Of a stretch of DNA of 64,000 bases, positions 1 to 34,284 are shown one piece after another. The notes beneath the pieces were generated by a model that was not told where the DNA came from, searched no databases, and was given only the letters and a program-made list of their open reading frames with translations. Position 1 is the stretch's first letter. Each line of letters opens with the position of its first letter. The stretch covers positions 8,556,001-8,620,000 of the forward strand of contig CM052839.1 of assembly GCA_028534125.1 (NCBI GenBank). Direction: 5' to 3'. Both the position numbers and the translations under genes were made by a program. Origin of the DNA: Lama glama (taxonomy: Eukaryota).

Positions 1-2893
1 GAGCGGACCCCGTCCACTCGTATACAATCAGAGGAAGAACTGTTTACTTCGGTCCACCCTTGGGGCCAGGGACAGAACCTGGTTCTTCCCTGTGACCCCA
101 CCTCACAGCACTGACCAGGCATCCTTCAGGGGTTGGTAAATGTAGAACTGAATTGCTCTTTGCTTCAGAGACCCAGATCAAGGGCCCCGTGACCTGAACC
201 AGCTAGACGCCTCAGCCACCAGGCTGAAAACCACCAAGGACTGGCATGCCAGGGTTGTTTGCTGAGGAAGGGAACACTGAAATAAATCCTAACTTTAAAA
301 AAGAAATATATCCAATCGGTGTCCTATTTATATGAAAATCAGCTCTGTTTTTAGGTAACTGCCCTCCCGCCTCACCTCCCCAAGATGGGCCCTGCCCTCC
401 CGCAGGTCCCCTCCACACCCTACCCGGTAATCATGGCCCTACCTGTTCCCATCCCCTCTCCTATTTGCTCTCTGGGGTTTCCCTCGATTGCAGGGTGAGA
501 GCTTCCAGACGCCCCAGCAGCCTGTCTCATGCCTGGCCCCAGACTCCCTCCCTCTCTCCCTGACCTGCCCTTCTAATCAAGGAGTCCAGAGGAGCAGGCC
601 AGAGTCAGGTCTGATGGCCTGTGGGGTGGGGAGGGGCAGGGCAGGGCAGGGAGTTGGTCTGTAACTGGGTGCCCCCTTAACTGAGCCAGAGCAGGGCAGA
701 TCCACAGCTCGGGGCATAGGAACCAGGCCCTGCTCCTGCCGATCTCTGTAAGGTCAGCAGGACCCCACTCCCTAGTGCAGACAAAACTCAAAGTTTACAT
801 GGCTCAGTGATGAGAACAGGACTTTGGAGTCAGGCTCTCAGTCCTGGTCCTGGCTCCACTGCGGCTGCCAGCATCTAGACAACTCGCTTACCTCCCATCC
901 TCTCGCAGCCTGAGACCCCTCCCTGGCCAAACGGAGCCGCACCTGCTGCACTGGTCTGCTGAGGGCCACGCTGTGAGGCCGCTGGGCCACGTGTGAAACC
1001 CAGTAGGTCGAGAAATTCAGATTGGAGAGCAGCAGCTCCATGCATCCCATGTGCTCATCAAGCCTTGGTCCTGTGAGCCTCCTCCTCTGGTCCCCCGACT
1101 CACCCTCACCTCCTTCATCAGCTCCCTTGTTCCAGAGTCCCACAGGGGCCTTAGGGAGCACCCCACCCCCACCCCGCTCTCTGGCAAGTTTCCAGCTCCT
1201 CATGGAGGACCAATCGGGAGAAGGGTACCAGGGGACCCTCAGTATCCTGACAGCTCCTTCCAGCCTCCAGCCAGGTTCTACGAAGAGGTCACGGCGAGCC
1301 TGAGGTGGGGGCTGGAGCTGGGGCTCACCGTCCTGGGAAACTTCTGAGCCTCCCTCACAGCTCAGCACTCAGGCAGGCACCCAGCTACCCACAGCTGCGG
1401 TTTCCAGAGAGCCAGGCCTTCCACCGCAGAGACAGTAAACTGAGAAGCACTGGAGCTATAAATGTGAAGTGGTGAACCACGGGACACTGCCACAGCCCCA
1501 CAGCGGGCAGGAGCCTGCCTCCCCTGCCTCCCCACCGCCCTGCAAGCTGTGGGTCCCCCCCCCCGCCACCCCCCACCCCAAGCCTCTGAAACAGCCCAGG
1601 CCTGCCTGCCAGCCTCCCAGCTCTGGGCTCTGAGCAGGCTTGTTGCCCCACCCCCACCCCCAGGAGGTCCCAGGCACAGGGTAAGTCCCTGCTGGGGGCA
1701 GGGCAAGCAGGACGCCACACAGCACTTTGCAAGCCAACAGTCAGGGCCACTGGCCTCACCTCACAAGCACTGTCTTGTTTTATGTTGACTTACGCAAAAG
1801 GAGGGGGACCCGTAATCTTTCTGGAGCTTACTCTTAGTCGTGCCCGGGGTGGTGCCAGGTCACAGCTTCAGATCCATTTGGAGGCTACCTCCAGAAAAGT
1901 CAGGGTGACCTTGGGGTGGACCTGGGGCTCATGTGGGCATGACGGACATCCTCATAGGCACTGCTGAAAAGGAGACCTAGGAGTGGCTGTGATGGCTGAT
2001 GACACAAGAGCAGCCCCCTTCACCAAGTGCCCGCCGTGTGCCCAGCCCAAAGCGCTCAGACCATGGAAGGGTTATTGTTTCACAGGTGAGGGACCACACC
2101 CAGGGAGGAGGTCCAGAGCTCAGCTCTCACACTCAGGCCTGGGCAGGAGTGCAGTGCAAGGTGGGGAACCAGGGCCCATCGGGAGGAGTCTGGGGAAACA
2201 GAGCAAGGGAAGGGAGGCCCCTCTTTCTCTGTCCTCTCAAAGCCTGCCAAGGAAGGGCCTGTCCTCCCACATCCCTACTCTGCTGGACAGTCCGTTCCCT
2301 AGCAAAGGCCCCTTCAATTGGGCTAGGGAGCTGGCCGGGAAAGGTAAGGTCACCCTCAGTGTGTCTGCCACCTGCCCCACAGGGGAGCCTGGAGATGAGC
2401 CCTTGGTCTCTGGGGAGGCCCCATGCAGTGGGATTCTCCTGAGCAATGTTCCTTAGCTGCAGCCCCTTGAGGGAGGTGGACAAAGATGGATGCCTGGGAA
2501 GGGCCATCAGCCAAGGTAGAGGTCCTCCTGGGAGCCTGCGAGGAAGAGCTCTGGGCTGGGTGATGGAGAAGAGAGACAGTGAGGGGCCTCTAGACATGAC
2601 CACAGCCCAAGGGTCACCGATCAGGGAAGTCCCTGGAGCCTGGTAGCCCGTCCACACTCTTTGTGAGTCAGGTAGTTTAGTTTCCCAAGCCTGCTAATAG
2701 GAAAAATAAAAAATAGACTGGACAAATGTTTACTGCAAAAGATATTTAGTATTGCTTACTTGTAAGAAACTTCAAAAGTTTACAAGGGGTCATAAAAGAA
2801 AGGTTTAACATATGGAAAAACACCATTTTGTGTAGGATGGGTCAATGTTGTAAAGATGTCATTTCTCATCTAACCTTGTCTACAAACCTATTC

Positions 2894-2929
2894 TGGCAGG
2901 CGAGAATTCTACCACTGAACCACCAATAC
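2894..2929 (-). pseudogene. Tailless retropseudogene of the 5' half of tRNA-Gly(GCC)
   Basis: Minus strand reads GTATTGGTGGTTCAGTGGTAGAATTCTCGCCTGCCA, 35/36 identical to nt 1-36 of mammalian tRNA-Gly-GCC. Flanked by direct repeat ctacaaacctattctg at 2880-2895 and 2929-2944. Confidence 0.9.
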
Positions 2930-2944
2930 TACAAACCTATTCTG

Positions 2945-3300
2945 ATTCATTCATTCATCCAACACTTATTGAGCACCTACTGTGTACCAGGCATGTTCTA
3001 GGCACAGGGGATACAAGAGTGAACAGAACAGAGAAAAATCCCTGTCCCCGTGGGGCTTACATACTTAAAGATGGGAGAGAGGCAGACAAACAAAAGAGAG
3101 AACTAAAGAAGTAAATTATCTAGTATACTAGATGAAAAATGCAATTGAGGAAAATCAAGGACAGTGTAGGGAGTGTGGGGCAGGTGGGGAGTTATTTAAA
3201 ATAGGCTGAGGAGTAGTAACGTTTGAGCGGAGTTTAGGAAGGTGATGAGGCAGGAGTGTACTTTGCTTGCTCTAGGAGCAGCAAGGAGGCCCGTGTAGCT
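2945..3300 (-). mobile_element. L2 LINE 3' fragment
   Basis: attcattcattca...ttattgagcacctactgtgtaccaggc signature of the L2 3' end; boundaries approximate. Confidence 0.7.
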
Positions 3301-3314
3301 TCCTATCAGAGTGA

Positions 3315-3515
3315 GTCAGCGGTTCTCAGACATTTGGCAATGCCTGGAGACATTTTTCATTGCCACAACTGGGGGAGGGGGGTGCAGGGTTGCTGCTGGC
3401 ATCTGATGAATAGAAGCCAGGATGCTGCTGGACATCCTGCAGTGCACAGACAGCTTCCTGCAGCAAAGATTGATTTGGTCTGAAATGCCAATTGTGCTGA
3501 GGTCAAGAAACCCTG
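3315..3515. mobile_element. MER20-like hAT-Charlie DNA transposon
   Basis: gacatttggcaatgcctggagacatttt...tgctggcatct...gctgaggtcaagaaaccctg matches the MER20 pattern. Confidence 0.7.
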
Positions 3516-3559
3516 GAGAGCGAGGTAGAGTTAGGGGGTGAGGTAGCCAGAGACATAAC

Positions 3560-4750
3560 TACCAGCCAGATTTTTGGGGAACTAGAGAAGCTGATTCAGA
3601 AATTCTTATGGAAAAATATTTGAGAATTGCTGGGGGCAGGAGGTGGAGAGGATTAAAAAGAAGAATAAACAGTAACTAGCTTCGCTAGATCTTAACATAC
3701 ACTATGAAATGACTAGTCTCCTTAATATATAGAAAGTTCTTATAAGTGAATAAGAAAATATCTTTTTAAAAAACTCCTGAAAAATGGGGAAAAGACAGGG
3801 AGTTTACAAAAGAAAGATATACAAATGGATTATAAATATATGAAAAGTGCTCAAAATTACTTGGAATTTAAGGAAATGAGAATGAAAATCATGAGAGCAT
3901 TTTGCAACTATCAGAGTAGCAAAGATTGAGAAGTTTGATTACACACAGAGTTGCTTAGGCTGTGGAAGAATATGGTCTCATCCACAGTTCTTCAGAATAT
4001 ATATTGGCATAGCCTTTTTGAAAAGCAAATTGGTAACAGCTGTCCCAGATTTAAATACATATACCTTTTCATCCATCATGCCCTTCTAGGAGAGTACGCT
4101 CACCGGTTTACTAAGTACAGCTGTGTTTATTTCAATATTAGCAAAAGATTGGCAACCATCCAAATGCCCATCAACAGGAGACTTGTTTATTATGTGGTAT
4201 GCACTTACAGTGGAATACTATGCAGCTTTTAAAAAGATTGTGGCTTACTCCTAGGCACATAGCCAAGAGAAATGAAAACATGTGTCCAAAAAAAGACTTC
4301 TGCAGAGAATTTTCTAACAGCTTTATTCAGAGAGCCCTCAACTGGAGCAACCCAAATGTCCATCAAAGGGGAATAAACAAATTGTGGCATATTCACACAG
4401 TGAAACACTACTTAACAACAATGATAAAAAGAATAAATGGTTACACAACAAGAATGAATTTCAGAAACATTTTGTTAAGCAGAATAAATCAGACACAAGA
4501 GTGTGTACTATATGATGCCATTTACATGAATTTCAACAGGCAAAACCAGCTCATGGTGACAGAAATCAGAAGAGTGGTTGCCTCAAGAAGGTGCAGATTC
4601 CTGGGAAGGGCAAGAGAACCTTCAGAGGGTAAGGAGATGGAAATGGGGTGTTGCTTACACAGTATACACAGTTGTCTAAATCGTTGAATTGTACACTTAA
4701 GGTCTGCAGTTCACTGAAATTAATTTCACTTCAATTTAAAAACAAAATTA
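3560..4750 (+). mobile_element. Old L1M LINE fragments (ORF2 end / 3' UTR)
   Basis: A-rich decayed L1 motifs such as caaatgcccatcaacagg and aacaaattgtggcatattcacacagtgaaacacta. Confidence 0.65.
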
Positions 4751-4906
4751 ACTATTAAATGGGGGGGGAGTCAAACTTAATATGTCCTGAAATAGAATGA
4801 TCTCCCAGTGAATTAAGGGAGAGGGGTAGAAACAAGGACAGAAAATGTGCATAGTATGCTCCCAGATGTAATAAAATGCTAAATATCTGTTACATACACA
4901 TGTATG

Positions 4907-5084
4907 CAGTCTGCCCTCTGTGTGCACAAGTTCCGCCTCTGTGGATTCAACCAACTGCCACGCGGGATCCACAGATACCGAGGGCAGACCCTCCTAGGCT
5001 GTTTTATATAAGGGACTTGAGCATCCGTGGGTTTTGGTTCCGGAGAGGGTACTGGAACCATCCCCTGCGTTACAGGACCAACTG
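4907..5084. mobile_element. MER2-like TcMar-Tigger element, internally deleted
   Basis: Ends cagtctgccctc...ggattcaaccaa and ...ggaaccatcccc...accaactg|ta resemble MER2 termini. Confidence 0.65.
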
Positions 5085-5755
5085 TACCTGTAGCATTTCT
5101 AGAAGGACACATAAGAAACTGTCGGACAGTGGTTGCCTTTCTGGTGGGGCATGGAGGCCTCAAGGTCTGAAGTGGAGAAACATGTCTCAATACTTTTTTG
5201 CATGGTTGAAATTTCTTCCGCTGTGTTCATGGTAACTTTTTAGTTATAAAAACTGTTAAAATTTCTTGATTGGACAGCAGTGTTCTAAGACTGTAGTATT
5301 TCTCTACCTTTGATAGCTGGAGGCAGGGACATAAATGCTGCTCTGAGACTGCCAGCCATGGGCGGCCTGTATTTCTGAGGGTGGAAGTGTGAGTCTGCCC
5401 GGCATAGCAGGGAACCGCCTGGAAGGTGTTCCTGGGGCAGGGGCGTGAGAACCTGAATCAGGGAAGTAAACTGAATATCTATCTGAAATCAGGGACTTCC
5501 ACCAGAAATGATAAGCTTTCTGTTGAAGAATGTAAAAACTCATCCAATGGTATGGGAGATTTATTTTGATGGATTTTTTTTTTTTATGTTAAAAGAAGTT
5601 TCCTCGGGTTGGAGCACAAGGCTTTTAAGAGGATGTGGGAGTAGGGGAGAGAAGGCTAGATAGGTAGGCTAGATAGAGTAGGCTAGAAGAAGGAGTTCCT
5701 AGCTAAGAAGAAGACTGCTGGGTGTAGTTTTTAACCAGACAATCCAGCATTTGTC

Positions 5756-5761
5756 TTTATT
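5756..5761 (-). terminator. Candidate SLC13A5 polyadenylation signal (AATAAA)
   Basis: tttatt on the plus strand about 2.4 kb past the stop; another copy at 6248-6253. The site actually used cannot be determined from sequence alone. Confidence 0.3.
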
Positions 5762-8204
5762 TCCACAAACAAGAACATGCCATCAAGGGTCCTACCTGAG
5801 AAAATCTGCATTCATTTTGAGAATTGGACTCTGCTAATGGGCTGACTCGCTGCTTGGAGTCCAGAGCAAACTACCGTTATTTTTGTGTGTGAGAGATGGT
5901 GGGGAGGGGAAAAGGCCTTACCTGTTCCAGGGCATGCCCTGCTCACTGGCCCTGCCAGAGGAGGTGGCCCAGGTCTTTCCCTAAGGAGGTTCTCAGCTCA
6001 GAGGGACAGGAAAGGATCCCAACTGGTCAACCTCCTCAACCTTGATATCCACTCTCCCAAAACCCCGCCCAGCTTTCTTGTCACCCCTCAACCTGATGCA
6101 GTCCCCCTGCCCTTCCATCAACCCCACCACTTCCTCCCCCATCAGTCTGGCCAGTCCCACTCAGCCTTCAGTGCCCACCAGATGACCTTCACTGACCTTG
6201 CTCACTACCACCAGGCATGCATCTAATTGACCACACTGAACTAATCATTTATTTACCGATCACACTTGTGGTGGCCTGCTGTGGCTCAGCCATAGGGCCG
6301 GCACAGGACCCAAAGGGCAGTGTGAGTCCCGGGGGCCCTCACAGTGTAGGGAGCACTGATAGAGGGGTGGCTCAGTTTTATCTTGTGGGGGAGCAGGGAG
6401 CCATGTTCATATTGCTCTCTCCAACCAAAGGCTTGGCTTCTGCAGGCAAAGACCAGCCTTGTCTGCTCCAGGACTGACTTGAGTCCATCTCAGAGGAGGC
6501 AGCAGAAGGGGGCTCTTGTTGATGATCCCTGAGCAGGCAGGGCCTTGGGGTGGATTTGCACTTGGCCACCACCTTTCCCCACAGGCCCTACAAGGCCAAG
6601 GTCCTTAATAGCTAGAGGAAGCAGCAGCGGACATGGCAGTGAAGATCTGGATTGGAACCTCAACTGCCACTAACTTGATGCGTGACTGTGGACATGACTT
6701 GGCCTGTCTTAGCCCCAGTATTAATGAAAGCCAGATGAGGTTAATAATGCCTGCCTATCTCACAGGCTACGGCAAAGGTCAAGTGATAACTAGCAGACAG
6801 ACACACCAGGGCCGGGGAGGCCCGGCACACAGGAGGTGAGCAGTGAGTGCTCTTCATCCACTCACCCCGCCCACCCCCGACAGCTCAGTGCACCTTCCAT
6901 GGGAGACAGATGGGATGGTCAGGAATCATCCCACCCAAGGAATAAGGTGGAACCAGGTGGTACATGCTTGGTCCTTTGCAGGGGGGTGGGGGGCAGTCCC
7001 TTGGGTTCCCATACCTTCTCCTGCTCTGAAAAATACCACCAATGGAGCAGTGCAAGAGAAAAATAAAACTGAGTTGTGGGCAAGAGTGTGGGAGTCTCCC
7101 ATGTATCTCTCACAGGGGATCTGAGGGTTCCCAGCCACTCTGGAGTCTTTGCCCAGCAACTTCAGGTAGATTCACTCATGGACAAGGACTATCTGCTCCG
7201 GGACCACCAGGCGTTGCTTGTTCTCAGCGCTGCTCTGTCACCACCAGTCTTGGCTGTCGGCAAGGGGAGTCTTTCCCCAGAGGAAACCAAACTCCAGCAT
7301 GACAGACAAACTCTGAAGGAACCCTGCTCTTGGTAATTAACAAGTGTCCCCTCTGGACCTGCAGGTGAGGGAGCACCTGGACCCCCAATTGTGGCCCCAA
7401 AGGAGCCATCACTGCCCGTAGTGGAGCGTGATCCCAGCCATCAGGGTTGGGGTGGGGGGCAGGAAAAGCATCTCCTGGAAGAGCCAAATTGACCTGCCGA
7501 GGAGAAGAAGGGCAGATTCTAACAAACGTCAGCAGGACGACAGAGGGGCCTAGGGACTGAAGGAGATGTCCCGCAGAGCTGCGAAGGGGGTCCAAACTGT
7601 CCGTTAAAGTGGAGCCGGTAGCCGTGGGGTGCTGTGGGTGGCATGGCCCAGAAGTTATCGACTCAGATCCACCATACTCCTGCTGGTTCCCACTCTCACT
7701 GCAGCAGCGGGAAGCCGCCCAGGACCAGGCGTTCTGTCCCTGGGCTGGGTTGTCCTTTCCGAGTGACAGGGGTGATCTGAGGCAGCCCAGGGTAAGCTGG
7801 GAGAGGCACAGGCTCTGGAAGGTTGTTTGCTCACCTCTCAAACTAGGATCTGAGTCCTATTTAGATGATGAGTAGACACCAGAGCCCAGCGTGGGGCTAG
7901 CTCTAGACTGAGTTGGGGAGGACCCTGCCCATCCCAGAGATGATGGCAGGACCCAGGAGAGATGGACACCAGCAGCCCCTTGGGAGGCACCCTTCACTTC
8001 CAAGACTACCCTCCAGGCACCTGTCCCCAGCTGTGACCCTGGGCGTGGAGGAAGATGTGGCCCATTGGCTGGGTCTCTGTAGGGTGTGGTCATCATGGGA
8101 TCACCATGGGGGTGGCCAAAGCTCTGCTGCAAGGTGTACTGGAAGTTTCGGGAGTTCTCCGGAGTGTGGGGTCGTGGTCGTGGTCTCATGGCTTTTCCTA
8201 AGTC

Positions 8205-30740
<22,536 letters not shown>

Positions 30741-32307
30741 CACGCAAGAGGGAGACTGGCAGGAGAAGCTAGAGGGGGGCAGCCAGTTGCTTCGCGGGCT
30801 TAAAAAGGGGCCGCAGTCCAGGGCGTCGGAGGGGGCGGTAGCAACTCCGCCCCCCCACGTGGGGCCTCCCCTCGGCCCCGGGGCGGGGCCATCCCGCGGG
30901 GTCGGTGGGACAAGCCTGCCCCCAACTCTGCCTCCAGCCGGCGGCTGATGACGCCTGCGGACTCCAGCGCTTCGGGCGGGCCCTCCAGGAACAGCCTGAG
31001 TCCTGGCACCTCCTGGCTCTCCAAGCCTTTCCCGCGGCGTCCTCGTCAGTCAAGCGCGCCCGAGGACGGCCAGGCAGGAGCAATCATTCATTCAGTCTGC
31101 CTGCTTGGACGTGCTGCCCCTCTTCGGTATCCGCACCTGGCCTTCCCGGGTCCTGCCGGGGTCCCAAGTGAAAGTCCCCACCGGCTTCTGGGTCTTTCAG
31201 ATCCATCTCCCCAACCTCTCCCTCCTTTTCAACTGGTTACTCCCGCTCCTCCCACCCCCATCCTGGAGGGGTCTCCCGCAGAGGCGATGACCCGCCGGGC
31301 ACCCAGCGCCCTCTGCTCCGCAGGCTTCCCCTGCCCCCGTCACCCTCTGCTTCCTCGCTGCGTCCGCGATGCTCTGGGCGCAGGACGCTTCCCCCTGCGT
31401 CCAGAGCATCGCGCGCGCCCTCTCCCACCCGGCGCATCTCGGGCGCTCTCCTCGCGGAGGAGGCGAGACGGCCGTCCTCCGCAGGCCGGGCGGCTTTCGC
31501 CCTCCAGCGGACACCCGCGCAGCCCTCAGACGTCCGGCTGGCACTGCGTGCGCCTCCCGGGGCGCGGGCGGACTGAGCCCCGGTCGCCGGTGCTGCCCGC
31601 CTGACCGAGGCAGCTACTGCCATTCTACAGGGGAAAGGCGGGTCCAGAGAGGAAGGCACTTAACCACGGCTACACTGTTCATTCAGCCCGCCGCCTGCGA
31701 ACAAGAGCTGAGCACCCATTCTGTGCTAAGCCCTGCTTTGTGTGCTCGAAGTACAAGGATGCAGGCACCACCACTCTGTCACTTTCTTCTTTCCTCCCTT
31801 CTCCTCTGCCTGCCTGTCTTCTCATTCTGCAGCTTTCTTTCGGGGTCTTACCCCTGTTTGTGGTTTAACCACAGCCTGCTCCTGAGTGATTACCACCCTC
31901 TGTCTTCAACCCAGCCCTGGTGCCAGAGTCTCAGATCTCCCTATTCCCAACCTTTTCCCGCCTAGATGTGCCTCAGGCCCTAAAACTCAACACACGCTCA
32001 ATCAAGTTCACAAATCTCTTTCTGTGACCTCCACCTAAGGACACATATTCCCCCAGACCCTTCCTGCATCTGCCTTCCTTCTGTCCTCCCTCTTTGTAAT
32101 TCTCATTCATCTAACCCTGAGTTTCCGGCCCCCTCTCCCCCATTCCAGGGCACTTAGCACGCTTTGAACCTATGTATTTATTAGTGTGATTTTTATTTAA
32201 TGTCTGTTCTATTCATCACCACATGTCCAACCGGCACCTTTTTCAGTGCCCGATCCAGTGTTTGCATTCGAAATGTTTTTCTCTGGGATGTGTGAATGAG
32301 TGCAAAT

Positions 32308-32784
32308 TGACAATGAAAAATCAATCAGTAGTCAATCTAGAAAGAAATAGAACTTTTATTTGAGCCAACCTGAGGATTGAAACCCAGGACCGTCTTGTAG
32401 AAAGCTCTGAAGACTGTTCTGCCTGCTAGAGGGCAAGCATACGTAAGTTTTTGAGACAAAGGGTTATACATCAAAGTAACATGTTGACGGTTTACACAGT
32501 CCAACAAGGCGAGTAGTGGGTTATTGTGACCTCTTACAGGATTGAGAAAGGAATGTTATCTTCTAAGGAGTCACCTTGCTGGCGTCAGGAGTTTTTGGCG
32601 CGGGGCGGGGGCGGGGGGGCGCGGCGGTTAGTAGGCGTCCCTGTGTCTTCTAAGGCGATCTAGTCAATGTATGACGCAGGTGCACAATGCACACTGCAGG
32701 GGAGGGAGGAGTGCCTCAAACTGGCAGAGAATTTTATATTTAAAATTTTTCTTGTCCTGCCTTAAAAGCAATTTTTTTCATTCA
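32308..32784 (-). mobile_element. ERV-type solo LTR (family not identified)
   Basis: Inverted termini tgacaatgaaaaa...ttttttcattca; AATAAA on the minus strand at 32355-32360, about 50 nt from the 3' end. Confidence 0.55.
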
Positions 32785-32837
32785 AGTAAGCCATTTCCCT
32801 ACAATAATACAATTCCCTACAAGAATACAATAATTCT

Positions 32838-33605
32838 TTTACCAAACTGAACTGAACTTGGATCCCCTTGTCCCGTCCAAGGCGCAGCAAAGCCAGTCTG
32901 ATGGTGGGTTGCAGTGAGGGCAAGTACTGCGTCTATTGCAGGCGCCAAGCAAGGAGAACAGGCAGCTCATGCTCAAAACACCCAAATTCCCCCGTGGTTT
33001 GCAGGGAAGTTGTTTCTTTTTAAGGCAACATTTGGGGTGAGGATTGCAGGTGGCATGACTTTCTTCTGATTAGTTAGTAGTGGTGAGGTAACACGGTGGC
33101 GTTTGGCACTCTTCATTATCAAGTCTCTGGTTCCAGCCAGTCTGGGGTCTATGCACTGTGGTCAGCATGTATCACCCTCCTCCTCCTCCTCGATGGGGGT
33201 CGTAGTTCTTGCCCAACAACTCAAAGATACGTGTCAGATTGTATGCGCATCCCATGAGGAGAAACAAGTACTCTGTTTTATCGCTGAACTAGTGTTTCTT
33301 GACTGCTTTTCCTTTGTTTCTGCATTCCTTCATTAGTAACTGCTTGAGTCTGCTCTTTGGAACTCAAGGAAGGCATAGAAGACCAAAGCCTTTTTCTGTA
33401 AACAAGAAATGGACACAGAAGGCTTTTTTATTTTTTTACCCAGGAGGGCCCCAAGGGGTCCTGCTTGGTTTCAATACCCCTTTTCTTTGCTCCTCCTCAA
33501 TTCTGAGGGGAACAGGGGGAGGATAAGAAAGAAAATAGAGTTTTGGAGAGAAAGATTAATCATAAACTCCGCAGGGGAACTCAGTTTTAGGGGAACTCGA
33601 TTTCA
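32838..33605 (-). mobile_element. Second ERV1-like LTR
   Basis: gcaaagcca...gcaggcgccaagcaaggagaacaggcagctcatgctcaaaa motif typical of laurasiatherian ERV1 LTRs; ends ...tttca. Confidence 0.55.
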
Positions 33606-33784
33606 CTTTGAAGAGGGTTTACATGGTTGGAGCACAGGCTCTGGATCTAGACTGCCTGGATGCCTGTCCTGGTACTGTCTCATCCTGGCTGGGCGCCCTG
33701 TCAACTTGTCCTCTCTAAGCTTATTTTTTTTAACAAATAACACCAACTTTGATTTCAGAAGTTTGCTTTGAAGATTATATAAGT

Positions 33785-34284
33785 NNNNNNNNNNNNNNNN
33801 NNNNNNNNNNNNNNNNNNNNNNNNNNNNNNNNNNNNNNNNNNNNNNNNNNNNNNNNNNNNNNNNNNNNNNNNNNNNNNNNNNNNNNNNNNNNNNNNNNNN
33901 NNNNNNNNNNNNNNNNNNNNNNNNNNNNNNNNNNNNNNNNNNNNNNNNNNNNNNNNNNNNNNNNNNNNNNNNNNNNNNNNNNNNNNNNNNNNNNNNNNNN
34001 NNNNNNNNNNNNNNNNNNNNNNNNNNNNNNNNNNNNNNNNNNNNNNNNNNNNNNNNNNNNNNNNNNNNNNNNNNNNNNNNNNNNNNNNNNNNNNNNNNNN
34101 NNNNNNNNNNNNNNNNNNNNNNNNNNNNNNNNNNNNNNNNNNNNNNNNNNNNNNNNNNNNNNNNNNNNNNNNNNNNNNNNNNNNNNNNNNNNNNNNNNNN
34201 NNNNNNNNNNNNNNNNNNNNNNNNNNNNNNNNNNNNNNNNNNNNNNNNNNNNNNNNNNNNNNNNNNNNNNNNNNNNNNNNNNNN
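33785..34284. other. Assembly gap, exactly 500 N
   Basis: Run of N with a round, fixed length typical of scaffolding joins. Confidence 0.99.

Noticed and set aside
2894-2929. Functional tRNA-Gly gene
   Set aside because: Only the 5' 36 nt are present, with no T-arm/B-box, 3' acceptor strand or terminator.
30948-31965. Long ORFs (218 aa, 198 aa) upstream of SLC13A5 as a divergent gene
   Set aside because: Pro/Arg/Ala-rich low-complexity translations expected from a stop-poor CpG island; no recognisable domain or exon structure.
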